From Camelus ferus (Eukaryota): a DNA stretch of 64,000 nucleotides. Position 1 is the first letter of the stretch; each line of letters opens with the position of its first letter. Below the pieces are notes generated by a model. The model saw nothing but the letters and a program-made list of their open reading frames with translations, ran no database searches and was not told where the DNA came from. The position numbers were made by a program, and so were the translations under genes. The stretch covers positions 46,750,001-46,814,000 of the forward strand of contig NC_045697.1 in the NCBI RefSeq assembly GCF_009834535.1. The letters are read 5' to 3'. This document shows, piece by piece, positions 26,691-39,441 of this stretch.

Positions 26691-28409
26691 ATACAAGCAT
26701 CCAAATCCCTGTTTGTTTGGTTTGGTTTTTTTTTTTTTTCCACCATTTAAAGTGTTAGGGATATTCCATTTTACCAAATAAACATAATGGAAAAGCAATC
26801 CCATTTTCAAAAGTAACTTCAAATAATTCAATTGCATGTAAATAAGAACATTAAAAGAGAAATCACTTTGAAAACTGTTAACATCATCCACCAAATAGTA
26901 TTATTCTAGTTGGCAAGATATTTTGTCATGTTCTGCAAACAAGATACTTTAGCATCAAAACTCAGACCTATATTGATTTTGAGAAGGTTTATAGCAGCTT
27001 AAAGGAAGCTATCAAATTTGACCAAGTAGAAAGGTAAAATGTATTGCTCACATGATGATCAATTGGTTAAAGGGTAATGATTGCCTGGCCAGCTCCTATG
27101 GGGTACTGCTGTATCAGCATCATATAAATATTGCTATGTGCACACGCTACAGTGTATGTCAGTCATGAGAGATCGTTGTTCATGTAGCTACCTTCTTGAA
27201 GGTTAGACAAAACAGGTTGTGTTGCAAAGATAAAAATAGAAACTCAGACAGAAAAAAAAGGCAGAAGAGAAAGGAGACAGGGAGGGAGAGAAGGAAAAAG
27301 GGAAGGAAGGGAGGCTCTGGAAGTGTATTGATGATGTAAGAAAAATACTTTCACAAGTAAATGATAGCACGTATAATTTGTTCAATATTCAATTAATTCA
27401 ACAACAACAAAAGAATGATTTCAATGAATCTGATGCCTTGTCTTTCTGTTTAGACACTTGGGTTAAAAAATTGTTCTAATAATTTTGGCAAACTGATTTT
27501 ATTCATGGAATATTCAGGTGATCACTGCAGTTCTGATGTTTTTCATAATCACTTCTACAAACGTTTATGAAAATATTTTTATTGGAATTTTCAGAAAATC
27601 ATTACCCTTTTAGAGGGATAGTGAAAAGCTGATCTGAGCTAGATTACTATCAATTATATGGACATTAAATTTTCAAAAATCCCACCTTCAAGGTGATAAA
27701 AGTTTTTTACAGGTTTATAGTCCTGCTTCTTTATGACTATCACATTTATTAACACACTCAAGTATATCTATTGAATACATGCCTAATTTTGTTACAAGTT
27801 TATCCATATACCCGAATAGCAAAGATGTGGAAAAGAAAACTAAAGAAGGTTATCTTGGAATCTAACATCCCTGGTAATTATTTGCCTATGGCTGAAGCAC
27901 CGCAATCAGCTCATGGCTTTTTGCCTCCTTTGTGAACTTGACAATACTCACACACTGAATTCCTAAGAGACTGTGACACAACTACTTTCTCAATTTTAAA
28001 CTATGAATAAATCAATGCCCAGGAAATAAAGTAACACCTCAGTTTTTGTGTATGTGTGAGAAGGTAGAAATAATTTATCTCTCATTCCCGATCACAGGTC
28101 ACAACTTTGCCTGTGATCTTAAATTGCCTCAAAATTGTCATAGAACTCTTTCAACATCTGATAAATGTAGTGTCTCTAATTTTTAATGATCAGAGATGTA
28201 CAATAGATCTTTCAGGGAAATGATTTTGTTTCAGACCTATTTCCAGTGTAAGTTCCTCGGTATTTCCAGTGTAAGTTCCAGGTAAAGCCTGCTAATTGCC
28301 AAATTATGCCTTTGATTCCAAGGATGCTATATCTCACTAAGTGTCAGCTTGAAGTCATCAATAACAACAACGTGCCAGTAACACTGATGTCAGCTCCATG
28401 AAAGCACTG

Positions 28410-28612
28410 CCCTACCTCAGGATCTGTGTGCTCTCGGTCCCCCTGCTTGGAGTGCTCTTCCGCAGGCAGCCAGGGCTCCTTCCTCACCTCTCTGGTCTCT
28501 GCTCACTGAGGTCTTTTCTGACCACAATCATGAAAATTGCAAATGATTACTACTTTCCACTTTCATCCCCTGAATTATTTTCCTCCATGATATTGCATTC
28601 CATCTGACTGTC

Positions 28613-28662
<50 letters not shown>

Positions 28663-28785
28663 CAGCTTCATGTAAGCAGAGATTTTTGTCTATTTGGTTC
28701 ACTGCTGTTTCTTAGTGTCTAGAAGATGCACAATTAATATTTATTGAACATATAAATGAATTAATGGATAAAAAAATGAATGAAT
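28410..28785. mobile_element. L2 fragment interrupted by a (CT)n(AT)n microsatellite (28611-28662)
   Basis: 'cagagatttttgtctatttggttcactgctg...aatatttattgaa'; microsatellite seen directly. Confidence 0.6.
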
Positions 28786-28985
28786 GATATAAAATAGATG
28801 AACAACAAAGACCTACTGTATAGCACAGGGAACCATATTCAATTTCTTATAATAACATAATGGAAAAGAATCTGAAAAGAAAATATGTATGTCTGTATAT
28901 GTATAACTGAATTGCTTTGCTGTGCACCTGAAACTAACATTATAAATCAACTATACTTCAACAAAAAATAAAATTAAAAAAAAGA
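28786..28985 (+). mobile_element. Lineage-specific L1 3' end with poly(A)
   Basis: 'aacaacaaagacctactgtatagcacagggaaccatattcaa...ctatacttcaacaaaaaataaaattaaaaaaa'; inserted in the L2 (GAAT)n tail. Confidence 0.85.
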
Positions 28986-29674
28986 GAATGAATGAACACA
29001 AATAGCAGCAATCAAAATAATGACCTTTGATGACAAAATATAAACGTCTATGAAAGGTGTGTATCACAAGTGATTTTGTGTTATGTTGGGGAGCAACAAG
29101 CAATAATACAAATATATTTGGGGAAGACTGCTTAACACAAGTATTCATAGAAGGAAAAAGTCTGAAAATTATAGTTGACCACAAGCAAAGTTGAATGCAG
29201 GTAAAAGCTAGCAAGTAATCTGTATTTGTTTCATTATTTGGAATTAATCAGACCTGTGTTAAAGACTCTTATTTTAAGTATAAAAAATATCTAAACACTA
29301 AATAACAATAATCCACTTAATTAAGAAATGTTATTAAACTTTAGTGTTCATAGCATGCTTCCTGAATGCTTAGTATTCTGCTAAGTCTGGCTGCCACACA
29401 GCATTTGGCAGTATCACAAAGCTCCTACGGTGCATACACATGCAGATAGCTGGAATTCCCACAGTTTCCATGGAGAATTCTTTGATTTTGCTTTTAATGC
29501 ATCATCGGTGCTATTCTTGCTGTTTAGCTATACATTTCTATTACTTTCAGCTTCATCATTATCAAGTTAGTATCATTCGCACAAATGCTGATACCTACTT
29601 CTCATAGACAGTCTGTTTGTCCTTTGAAGTTCTTTTTTCTTATAATGTTCCATTAAGAGATGTGTTTTTAAAAT

Positions 29675-30160
29675 ATTCAACCAATGTTCATCAAAAAATA
29701 CCATTAAGAGACTGAAAAGGCAACCCACAGAGAAGGAGGAGGTATTAACACATATACTCAACAAAGGACCCCTATCTCCAGAATACACAAAGAATTCCTA
29801 TAAATAAATAAGAAAAATATTGGCAACCCAGTAGAAAAATAGTCAAAAGGCTTGTACAGACACTTCAAAAAAGGACATCAAAAAGTCCAACAAACATGTG
29901 GAGAAGTGTTCAATTGTATTAGTCATCCAAGAAATGAACATTAAAATCACAATGTGATACCACTACACACACACCAGAATGGCTGAAATGAAAAGGCTTT
30001 ATATTAAGTGGCAGGATGTGGAGCAGTCAGAACTCTCATACACTGCTGGTGAGTGTAAATTTGTATAACTTTGAAAACTCTTTGACAGTATCCATTAAAG
30101 CTGAACATTTGCATACCCATGACGTAGCCCTTGGCATAAACCCAGTAGAAATGGATTCGA
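29675..30160 (+). mobile_element. Old L1 ORF2 3' fragment
   Basis: 'aaaaggcaacccacagag', 'attaaaatcacaatgtgataccactacacacacaccagaatggct', 'gaactctcatacactgctggt'. Confidence 0.8.
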
Positions 30161-30358
30161 TGAAGTCCTAGTATCTCAACAACCAGAGGCAATAAACACA
30201 TAACCTAACCATCCCCAGTGTGCATGTGCAGTGACACTTCGCGATTAACAACACATGTCCCCCCCTCCACTGGAAAGGAGTGGGTAATTCTTTCACTCTG
30301 CCTATTTGGTAAAAGAGCTACTGGTTGAGGCTACAAAGGAAAAGGCCATGGGTAACTC

Positions 30359-30528
30359 CAGGGCCCACTTCAGGGGTACGTAACCCATGCCCTCATACAC
30401 CCTCTCAGAAGGGCCTGAGTTTGATTTAATGGTCTCCTGTTTCCATCTTGAAAGTCTTCATAATTTTTGAACAAGGAACTCATATTCTCATTTTGCACTA
30501 GGCCCTGCAAATTATGTGATAGTCCTAG
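30359..30528 (+). mobile_element. hAT-Tip100 MITE (MER45A-like)
   Basis: CAGGGCC...GTCCTAG termini; internal 'cttgaaagtcttcataatttttgaacaagg...cattttgcactaggccctgcaaattatgt'; 8-bp TSD ggtaactc/gttaactc. Confidence 0.85.
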
Positions 30529-31408
30529 GTTAACTCATTTATCTTTTTTAAGTATCTAAAGTGGTCTCCATAGTTAGAAATTAAGCGGAAATAAGCTTAT
30601 ATTTTGATAGGAGAGACTGTTTAGAAATAATAAAAGGCCTAGCAGTTCAGTAAAATCGTGCCACACAAATGTACACTCAAACAGATGCCAAAAAAAGAAC
30701 TGATAAAAGAAACATATTACTAGGATAAGTAATAACAACTTTTAGATGGAAGAGAATAATTATTAAGTACTTACCACAAAAAGGTAGGTAATCAAGCCAA
30801 GTAATATGGCGTATCCCTCCTACCTGCACAATTTGGGACATGTTTCAGTAACTTCCCATTCATTTATCTTAGCACATCAGAAAAACATGTTTACAGAAAA
30901 TATTCCCTTAAAAATTTGAAAACATGGGTTAAGGGTGTGAATTAATTCGAAGGCGTGCAATTCGTTCATTTATCCGTCCATCCACCTTCTAATCATACAT
31001 TCATTCACTCACTCATCTCTCCACTCATCCCATTGGCAACAACAGGAATACAAACATAAATACAAACCTGAAAGAAGATACAGCATATCTATAAGCCAAT
31101 GTCAGACGTGGTAGAAAATATATTCTAAGAGACATATTTATTGTTCAGTAAATTCAGAGGAAAAGCAATTACTTTGGGGTGGGAGAAATCAGAGCTGCTT
31201 TTATAGGAAACAATAGTCTCTATATTGGGATTTGAAAGCTAGCTGGGCTTTGGATGTGCACAGAGATTTAAAAGATATTTTTTTCTTGTTCCTTCTATAA
31301 TACCTAACTCAGGTATCATCTGCTCTAGAAAATTTTCCTGCACATTTTTCTACCTGCTATCATAGATAGACTGAGCCTCGGATTTAAGTATAAAATGGGA
31401 CAATATTT

Positions 31409-31478
31409 TCCAATAAAATATAATATGCTTAATTGGAATCCAATAAAATATAATATGCTTAATTGGAATCCAATAAAA
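31409..31478. repeat. Perfect 30-bp tandem repeat, about 2.3 copies
   Basis: tccaataaaatataatatgcttaattggaa x2 followed by tccaataaaa. Confidence 0.95.
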
Positions 31479-31547
31479 ATTAAAATTCAGTAAATGTCAG
31501 GTACTTACCTGAGACCTTCCTCCAAGGTCTTTTTTTGCCTTTGAAGT

Positions 31548-31745
31548 TTAGCATAGTGAGTGGTTCTGAGTACAGACTCTAGAATTTCAGGTCTGCCTGG
31601 GTTTGAACTCCAGCTCCAATTCTTACTGGCTCACAAATGGGAGTAAGTTACCCTCATCTTCCTTTACCTGTAACATGGGGATAATAGTATACTCCTTCAT
31701 ATAGGGTTATTGTGAGGATTAGAGAAGTTAATACATTTAAATGAT
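31548..31745 (+). mobile_element. MIR SINE
   Basis: 'ctgcctgggtttgaactccagctcc...acctgtaacatggggataatagtatact...gggttattgtgaggattag'. Confidence 0.8.
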
Positions 31746-32087
31746 GTGTATTATTATGCTATTATTCCAGACACTACAGTTAGTATTTTATGCATAGTTT
31801 ATGCATTGTATGATTTTAGAGGCATTGGTAATAATCCTAGCCTTAAAAATCACCTTTTCTTATTCATTTCTTGTTGCCTTAATCTTCATCATCATAGATT
31901 CATTTCTTTGCTTTAAATCTTGTATGTCTTTTAAAATTGAATTTATAGTTTAAACTTGAGGGAAGGGATTATGTTTGATTTGTCTTTGTACTTCTCTAAC
32001 TTCTCCAGGACCTATCATACTTTCCCCACTCTTGCCCCTTATAGACAACCTTGAACAAAATAGTTAAAGTGATCCTATTAAAATAGT

Positions 32088-33035
32088 GCTTATTGGCTGC
32101 CATTGTGAGTCAAACCATCCCCAAACTTAATGACCTAAAACAACAATGATTGATTATTTCTCATGTTTCTGTGGGCTAACTGGGCTGTTCCTCTGATGCT
32201 TTCATCTGGCTGACTCTTGCAGCTGCATTCAGCTGGAGGCTAAATTGGACTGGAAGATCCAAGATAACCTTACTTACAAGTCTGACAGTTGGTATGGCTA
32301 TTGGCTAGGGAACCTCAGTTTTCTACACAGCCTTTCATTCTCCAGTAGTCTAGATCAGCTAGACCACACATGTTGATGAAAGGAGATACAAAATAACGCA
32401 GCCATGTTTTTCAGACTGTCACAACTACCCTCTGATTACAATTATTTCCATTCTTCACACATGCAAAAAAATTGTACGCCCCTCTCCTCCAACACTCATC
32501 CCATTATAGCATCAGGCTCAAACCCCACTATTTATTCTACAATCTGCACCTAGTCCAGGTATAGAAATGACTCCTTAGCTTAGGAATCTTTTGATCCAGA
32601 GATCTGTTTACTAAAAAGACAAGTTATTCAAATTTTTAAGATAACGTTTTTCATACACCCAGTATACGATGGTGAGCTAGAGATGGGAGCATTGCATTAG
32701 ACACTCCTCTTCTTAAGGATAATAACAGAAAGCACACAGCAGTCCTCATTTGAGCAATCCTGAAATATAGCTAAGCACATGCTTCTAGTTCCCAATGGGA
32801 ACTGATAGGTCCAAGATGGCCTCTGGGATGCCTGGGTGCTCCTTCATGTGGCTTCTTATCCTCCAAGACTTTAGACTGACTTCAGTACATGGTGATCTCA
32901 TGGTAGCAACCAAAGTGAGCAAAAGTAAAAGTTGCCTCTTGAGATTACCCTTGAAAATCAAATAATATAATTTACCAGATTCTATTGGTCAGGTAAGTCG
33001 TGTAGCCAGCCCAGATTCGAAGGGTGAAGAAAGAG
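32088..33035 (-). mobile_element. MaLR LTR-derived pieces (MLT1F/G/H-like)
   Basis: 'accatccccaaacttaatgacctaaaacaacaatgatt', 'attctattggtcaggtaagtcgtgtagccagcccagattc'. Confidence 0.65.
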
Positions 33036-33037
33036 AG

Positions 33038-33688
33038 TTGTGTTGGTGGTTGGCAATTTTCTCTAAGATCTAAACTCACTCTTCGGCACTCCACTTTATG
33101 ATGATGGGGCTGAGATACAACAGATGATGATACTAAATTTGGTTAACAGGGGAGAGAGGTTGCTAGAGGGAGACTGCAAAGCCAGCGGAAGAAGGCACCC
33201 GCTTCTCCCCATTTGGTTCCTCTGCTTGTGGTTCATGTAATCATCACCCCATCATCACTACTTTCACCCCTCAGAGCCATTCTTTCCCATAAGAGGAACC
33301 CAATCCAATTCGTAGTTTTCCCAACACTTCTAGATCAGGCTTGCCAGGATCCCTCAGAGGCACTAACAAAAGCTGGCCCATATTCTCTCCTCAGGGGTCT
33401 GATTATCTTTTGGCTCCGTGTTATACCTTCTCTAGCTTAGCAGTAAGTTAACCTGTTCCAACTTCTTCCCTTATCCCCAGCCCTAAGGGGTGCAGATGCT
33501 CCCTCTCTCAGTGGTAACTTAGAATCCTCTTCTTCACCCTTTCAGTAACCTTGTTGTATGTTTTTTTTTCATCTTTACTTTTTTATTGAAGTATAGTTGA
33601 TTCAGTTACATTTTCATATTTGGTTATAAACACTTCTTTCAAGTAACTAATACGATTTCTGTCTCCTCACTGGATCCTGATGACATAA
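33038..33688. mobile_element. Probable ERVL-type LTR
   Basis: Compositionally distinct block beginning TGTG/TGTTG and ending 'ttctgtctcctcactggatcctga', typical of LTR16/LTR33-type ends. Confidence 0.45.
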
Positions 33689-33779
33689 GATTCCACTTCT
33701 TGCTAGGATGACTAAACATATTGTGGTCAGGTTTTCCAATCTACCACAAATGGCGGGACAAATCATTACATTCCTTTAT

Positions 33780-34235
33780 TCAATTCTCCAATAGCTTTCC
33801 ATCTCATTCAGAGTAAAAGTGCAAGCCCTCTCAATGGCCACAATGGTCTCCTTGTTGCTCTTTGCATATGCTAGTTTTACTCCTGTCTCAGAAACTTCAT
33901 GTTTGCCCTTCCATCTGACCAGTAGAATCTTCCCCTAGGCATCTGGAGAGCTCACTTCCTACATCCTCATATCATCACTCAAACGTCACTTTCTCTTTAA
34001 GGCATTCCTGAACACCTTATTTAAAATTGAACCAATCTCTCTTCTTCCTTTTTTCTTCAGCATTATAATCATTCAATATACTTTGCAATTAATTTATTAC
34101 CTATCTCTACTTCTCTGACCCTAAAATTTAAGTTCCATGAGAGTAATGTATTTTAACTGTTGTACCCATAATCTAGAGAAGTGCTTGGCATACAATAGAT
34201 TCTCAATAAATTCATAAACATGTGTTCATTAGGTT
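33780..34235. mobile_element. L2 fragment
   Basis: 'cagagtaaaagtgcaagccctctcaatggcc', 'gtgcttggcatacaatagattctcaataaat'. Confidence 0.6.
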
Positions 34236-37029
34236 TGCTGAAGTAAGATTATTTTGTAATACATTAAATCATAAACATCAGAGCACAAGTGAGTTTATAA
34301 GATATTTTTCTTAAAACAAGTCAAAAAAGTGAAACAGAGATAAAATTTAAAAATATTAAGAATCAGAAGTGATGGAGGAAAAAAGGTTACATAAGGGAGC
34401 CCCAGAAAACCCTGGGGCGAGGGGCAATAAACACAAAAACACTGTCAGCCATTATCTAATTTACAAAGCTAGGATGGAGGAGATATAGAAAGCATCTTAA
34501 AGTAGAGGAAAGAACATTAAATTTGGAGTAAACTATAGCCTATCCCAGGTTTTCCCCCCAACTCTGCTGGCTTGCTGTAAGTATAATTTTGTGGGAAATC
34601 ATTTAACCTCTCTTGTCCTTAGGTTCTTCATTTCTGAATTAAGGAAAATAATTTTTTTCCCTCAGAGATTTGATAAGAAAATCAAGTGAGATCATGTATG
34701 TAGATGCACAAATCTTAAAAATGCAGACTGATGCAATGATGACAATGATGTGACCTCTAATGGATGTGACTAGGAAATCTGGAAAGGCAGGCTATGCCAA
34801 AGGAGTCCTGGCAAGCCCTCTACTGACAAGAGCTGAGGCGTAGCCACCCTCAGCTTCAGAGTTACTTGACTCTTCATCTGGGATGCAATTAGAATGATTG
34901 GTTTCCAAATCTGTTCTGTATTTTGTCTGTGTGTGCCATGCCCTTCCCATCAGGTTGGAATTCACCTGTAGTCATGTACTCTATTTAATTAATTTTATTT
35001 TATTTTGCATATTTGGAATTAGGGGCTCAGGAATGTCATATGTAAATATATGCAAAACAGCATGCAAATTGGTATTGAGAGCCAAAAGCCCAGATTTTTT
35101 TTTTTAAACAGGAATCTATCACTGGGGAAAAAAGGTTCTTCTCACTGCCCTACATGCTGTTGCTTTTTTAAAAAGTCTCCTTTGTTTAATCAGAGCTTAT
35201 GGCTACAAATGATACCAATACAACTTTGTATAATAAATATTTCATGATGGAGATGCTCGCAAAATTAGCCATTTTGTTGTATTTGACCTAATTCTCCTTA
35301 TTGAACAAACATGTTTCTGTCCTTTTAAGAAATTAACTGGAGAGGTAGGGGATGGATGGGTGGGAAATGGGAATAGGAGGTGAAGTGGCTACTGTCCCTC
35401 ACACCTGACATTCCATATGTCAAGTCACTACCTCACAAATTTCTGTGAGATGAAATGAGGAAAGCTTTTCATTTATTTTCAAAATTAAATGAAGTCTAGA
35501 GAAAGAGATATCAAATCAGTGTGCTTTTCTGTCCCATTTTAAAGAAGTGATTTTATTCCATAGTTAAATTTCCAGTAATTATATACAGGCTCTCAATCTT
35601 TGAAAATCGTGAAGAATCTGTAATCCTAACTTTCTTTATGCAAGCTAAACTATTATTTGGAGTATATTTTAATAAATAATCCATTCTCACAAAGCTCAAA
35701 TTAGTTCAGGTTTTTGAGACAGAACGCTCAAAAGACAATATAATCATAATCATAAAAGGAAAGAAATGCCTGAATTCTGAAAAGTCTTTTAAGATGGCAC
35801 ATCTTTGTTACCATTTTTTGCTGTACTAAATCCTTTTGTGTCTGGCTACTAGTAAAAGAGGATTTCTATATCTACTCTAAGGAAGACTGCATCAATATGC
35901 TTTTGAAATTTTTTCAAATTACAAAAAACTGACTTCACATAGCACTTCATAATTTCCCTCATCAAATCCTAAAGACTTTATTAAAACATCTGTTTTTGGA
36001 ATATCTTGCTGACAGTAGAATGCTATACCCCCGGGGAGTATCCTAATTTTGCATAAAATTTGCATACTCATAAATAAGTTAACATTGGGGGGACAAGTAT
36101 ATCAACTGCAAACAATGCAAGTGTTTTCCATATATCCTTTTTATAATTGGCTTAGAATAGAGAACTAGAGATTTTTTGAAAGATAATTTGTTTCTCAATC
36201 ACCTTTTAAACAAGACTATGACTTCTTTATGAAGATTTTTCCCTCCCAATGTACCCTGCCAGGGTACATCCAAAGGTAACCCAAATTGCTTCAATATTCA
36301 GAAACAAAATATACTGCAGCTGTGTTCAATTAATATTTAAAGTGTAGCATAAATGATAGACAAAAATGGAATTTTATAGTTACATATGCATACTCTGGAT
36401 TATGAGACATATGAAGACATACAGAGTAAGGTAGAGCACCATCTTTTTCTCTTATCCTGGCACCAAACAACTTTATACTTAATGCAATAGTGGAAATTTA
36501 CACATCCCAGTCAAGTACCAAGAAGTATATTATGATCTTTTTTAATTTAATTAACTGTGTGCCTTCAACTCTTTGAGTCTAAAAGCAAACTAACCTTCTC
36601 CAATGTTTATTCTGGTCTCATAATAGCCTGGGGGATAATGGAACACGATGACAAAATTACTTCATATAGACAACTGTCAAATCTGCTCGCTACAGGGTCC
36701 ACATTATTACATTATTAATGTAGCACATTATTACAGAAGACTACTACTCTAATGTAATGACCAGGAACTAGCTCCCTGATCCCCATTAATGCCCAGTTTC
36801 ACATGCTAGGCCAGTAAGAATAGAGTAAGTCACACCTTGACCTGTGAGGTTTCAGGAAACACAGGAAGATGACTTTATACAAATTATCTTATACCAACCC
36901 CTGGATACTACACAGAGTTACACAATCAGAATGGTATCTTTCATTTAAGGTTTTAACTGTTATTTAAATAAACATATTTGCTTAAGGGGTTAACACATAA
37001 AGTTATTATTTGTTATTTATAACTTAATG

Positions 37030-37225
37030 AGTGGGCTCTTAACCTGGGACCCATGAATCATAGACAAGATTAGGTAAATAGTAAACCCTCTTAAACTGTA
37101 TGTAAATTTGTGTGACTATTTGGAGGAAAAGGACGCATAGATTTTTGATATATTTTCCTGGGAGTTCTCCCTCTCTCTCTCTATCCCTCTCTCTCTCTCT
37201 CTCTCTCACAAAAATCAATGCTTTA
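37030..37225. mobile_element. hAT-Charlie MITE fragment with embedded (CT)n
   Basis: 'ctcttaacctgggacccatga...aaactgtatgtaaatttgtgtg'; (CT)n at ~37166-37207. Confidence 0.5.
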
Positions 37226-38375
37226 GTGTGAATGCAGTCTTTGAGAACTAGATTGGACAGGGGTCTGGAAAGAAAGGCTGTAAGGTGCCTGGCAACTAAG
37301 AAAGATATAAGGAGACAAAGGTTCCAGAATTCTGACAGACAAAAACACAGAGGACAGATTTTAAAAAAGGGCTGAATCCACAGGACCAACTTTATTGGCT
37401 TCAAAATTTTACTCAAGCCAAGCAGAGGCAATATGAATTGATTGGGTCAAATTTCAGTCCCAAACAATGGTTTTTTACCTATACTTTTTCTATTTCTATT
37501 TCTATTATTTAAAAAAAAAAAAAAAAAGCTTTCTCAAGAATATTGTAAACACCATTTTAAAAAGATCTGTATAATCCCAACCAGAACAACGACTCTGCTA
37601 ACACTAAGAATTGAATCTGAAAGGACTGAATCCAGTGCAATTATCAAAATAATTATCTTTATTAATTAGGACCTTTCCTAAGAAAGATAAAACCACTTTC
37701 TATAGCCACTGAAACAAAGTTTACTGTTCTAACACGTCCGTGTTTTATTTTGCATTGCCACACACGTGCTTACGAAAGGAACGTCATCCCTTCAGCAGCA
37801 CCGCTTCAGCACAAGTAGGTATTACAGCTTCAGGTTTGTGCGCTCTAATTCTCAGTGTTCTTTGATTCCAGGTCTCATGGAACAGTTAATGCAACTACAA
37901 TGGCATTTTAAAAAACATATTGTAAAATAATAAAAGATAACAATTAAAATTGAAAAAAACTCAGGAAACCCAACCAAAAAAAAAGAATGTTATGGTATTA
38001 TCTGAATGAAAAGTCCACCAATAGCATCAGATAAAAAGCCTTGATCTAGAATGAAAAATTAGTGACCAGAAATCTATTTCTCCTCTATTTCTTTGTCTTC
38101 TCTATCCCGTCAGTTCTGTTTATGGCTGCTGCATAATTGTGCCTCCTTATGCAGATCTATCAAGATCTGACTCAAAACAACTAGCAAAATACCTGAGATC
38201 CAAGGATTGGTTAAGTTATGTCTCCATCTTGGAATCACTGTCAAGAGAGGGGTAAGATATGCTTAATAACCTCATCAATGGAGCTTGGAATGGAATTGAT
38301 CTGATCCAGCTATGTGGTAGAGAATAAGGCAAGAATGATCTGTCCAAAGTAAGCTTGTGGCATTTTTACCAAAGG

Positions 38376-38376
38376 C

Positions 38377-38407
<31 letters not shown>

Positions 38408-38410
38408 ATA
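38376..38410. repeat. (TAAA)n microsatellite
   Basis: About 8 TAAA units seen directly. Confidence 0.9.
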
Positions 38411-39001
38411 GAGAAAGAGTGAGAGAGAAATATATATGAGCTATCAAACAATTTTCTACCACACTACCCAAAAAAGAAATGAAGTGACACCTCTTAACCA
38501 AGGTTGATGTTCATAGCCAGAAAAACACTGAGTTCAAATGGAAGACACAGAGGATTAACCAGGTAATAATGTCAAGATCTAGGAGCTGGTTGGGAGATGA
38601 GAGCAAGTCAGGACGGCAACAAGGAATTTTCTGGGCAATGGCTATGAACTATATTGGAGCTGTTTTGGTATTTATGGTCAGAAAGCATTTGTTGTGTGGT
38701 GGGTGAAGACATGTTAAAGGTACAAATTCAGGAGTTTATAACACATACCTATCCACAAGAAACTGCTATTACCAATATCATCAGGTTTGCACTACATTTC
38801 AGCCTTCATTTATTGACAGCCTGGCATTAGCAGGAGTGAGTAGTGAAGTCATACTCCTCCCATTCATTCTTTCTTGCTTTGTAATTCCTTTATTTCAAAA
38901 TCACTTTCCTTGCTTGCCTCACCCCGCCCCCAAACCTCTCATCATAAAAGGGATAACTACTTTGGGACAGGGACATAGTGGGGGATTTTTCTAGCAGTAT
39001 C

Positions 39002-39441
39002 TATCAAGAACTGTGAAGAGTATGAGATTTTACTGTCCCTGCAATCTAACAAGTTAGCCCACCTCAGTTTCATGAACTCTAGCAAAAGATATAAGACTTC
39101 TGGGTCAAAGACAAAGGGTGGTTCATTACAGCAACAGCAATAGTCAGAGAACTGGCATTTGTGCTGAGCCCCAATTCCAAAGGGCCACACAAAAAGGGAC
39201 AGATGATACCTGCACACGCAATGGGTTGCATTACAGATAGGAACTCTGAGCTTGGGAAACCCAAATCTTTTCTACTAGGCAGTAAGCATGCATGCCCTTT
39301 GCTCTGGCATGCTATCCTATCTTCCAAGGCTGTTCACTATTGAAACATCCTTGAAATAACAGTTCAGAACAACAGCAGTCAGTTCCTCTGCTCACAAGAT
39401 GTGCAGAAAGATGAGAGAACCAAGAATTTTATCTCAATAAC
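39002..39441. mobile_element. ERV LTR (MER-type solo LTR)
   Basis: 'aagaactgtgaagagtatgagattttact...ctaacaagttagccc...gacttctgggtcaaagacaaagg' resembles recalled eutherian LTR consensus; ends ...TAACA. Confidence 0.6.

Noticed and set aside
31409..31478. CRISPR-like 30-bp repeats
   Set aside because: No spacers, only 2.3 units, mammalian context.
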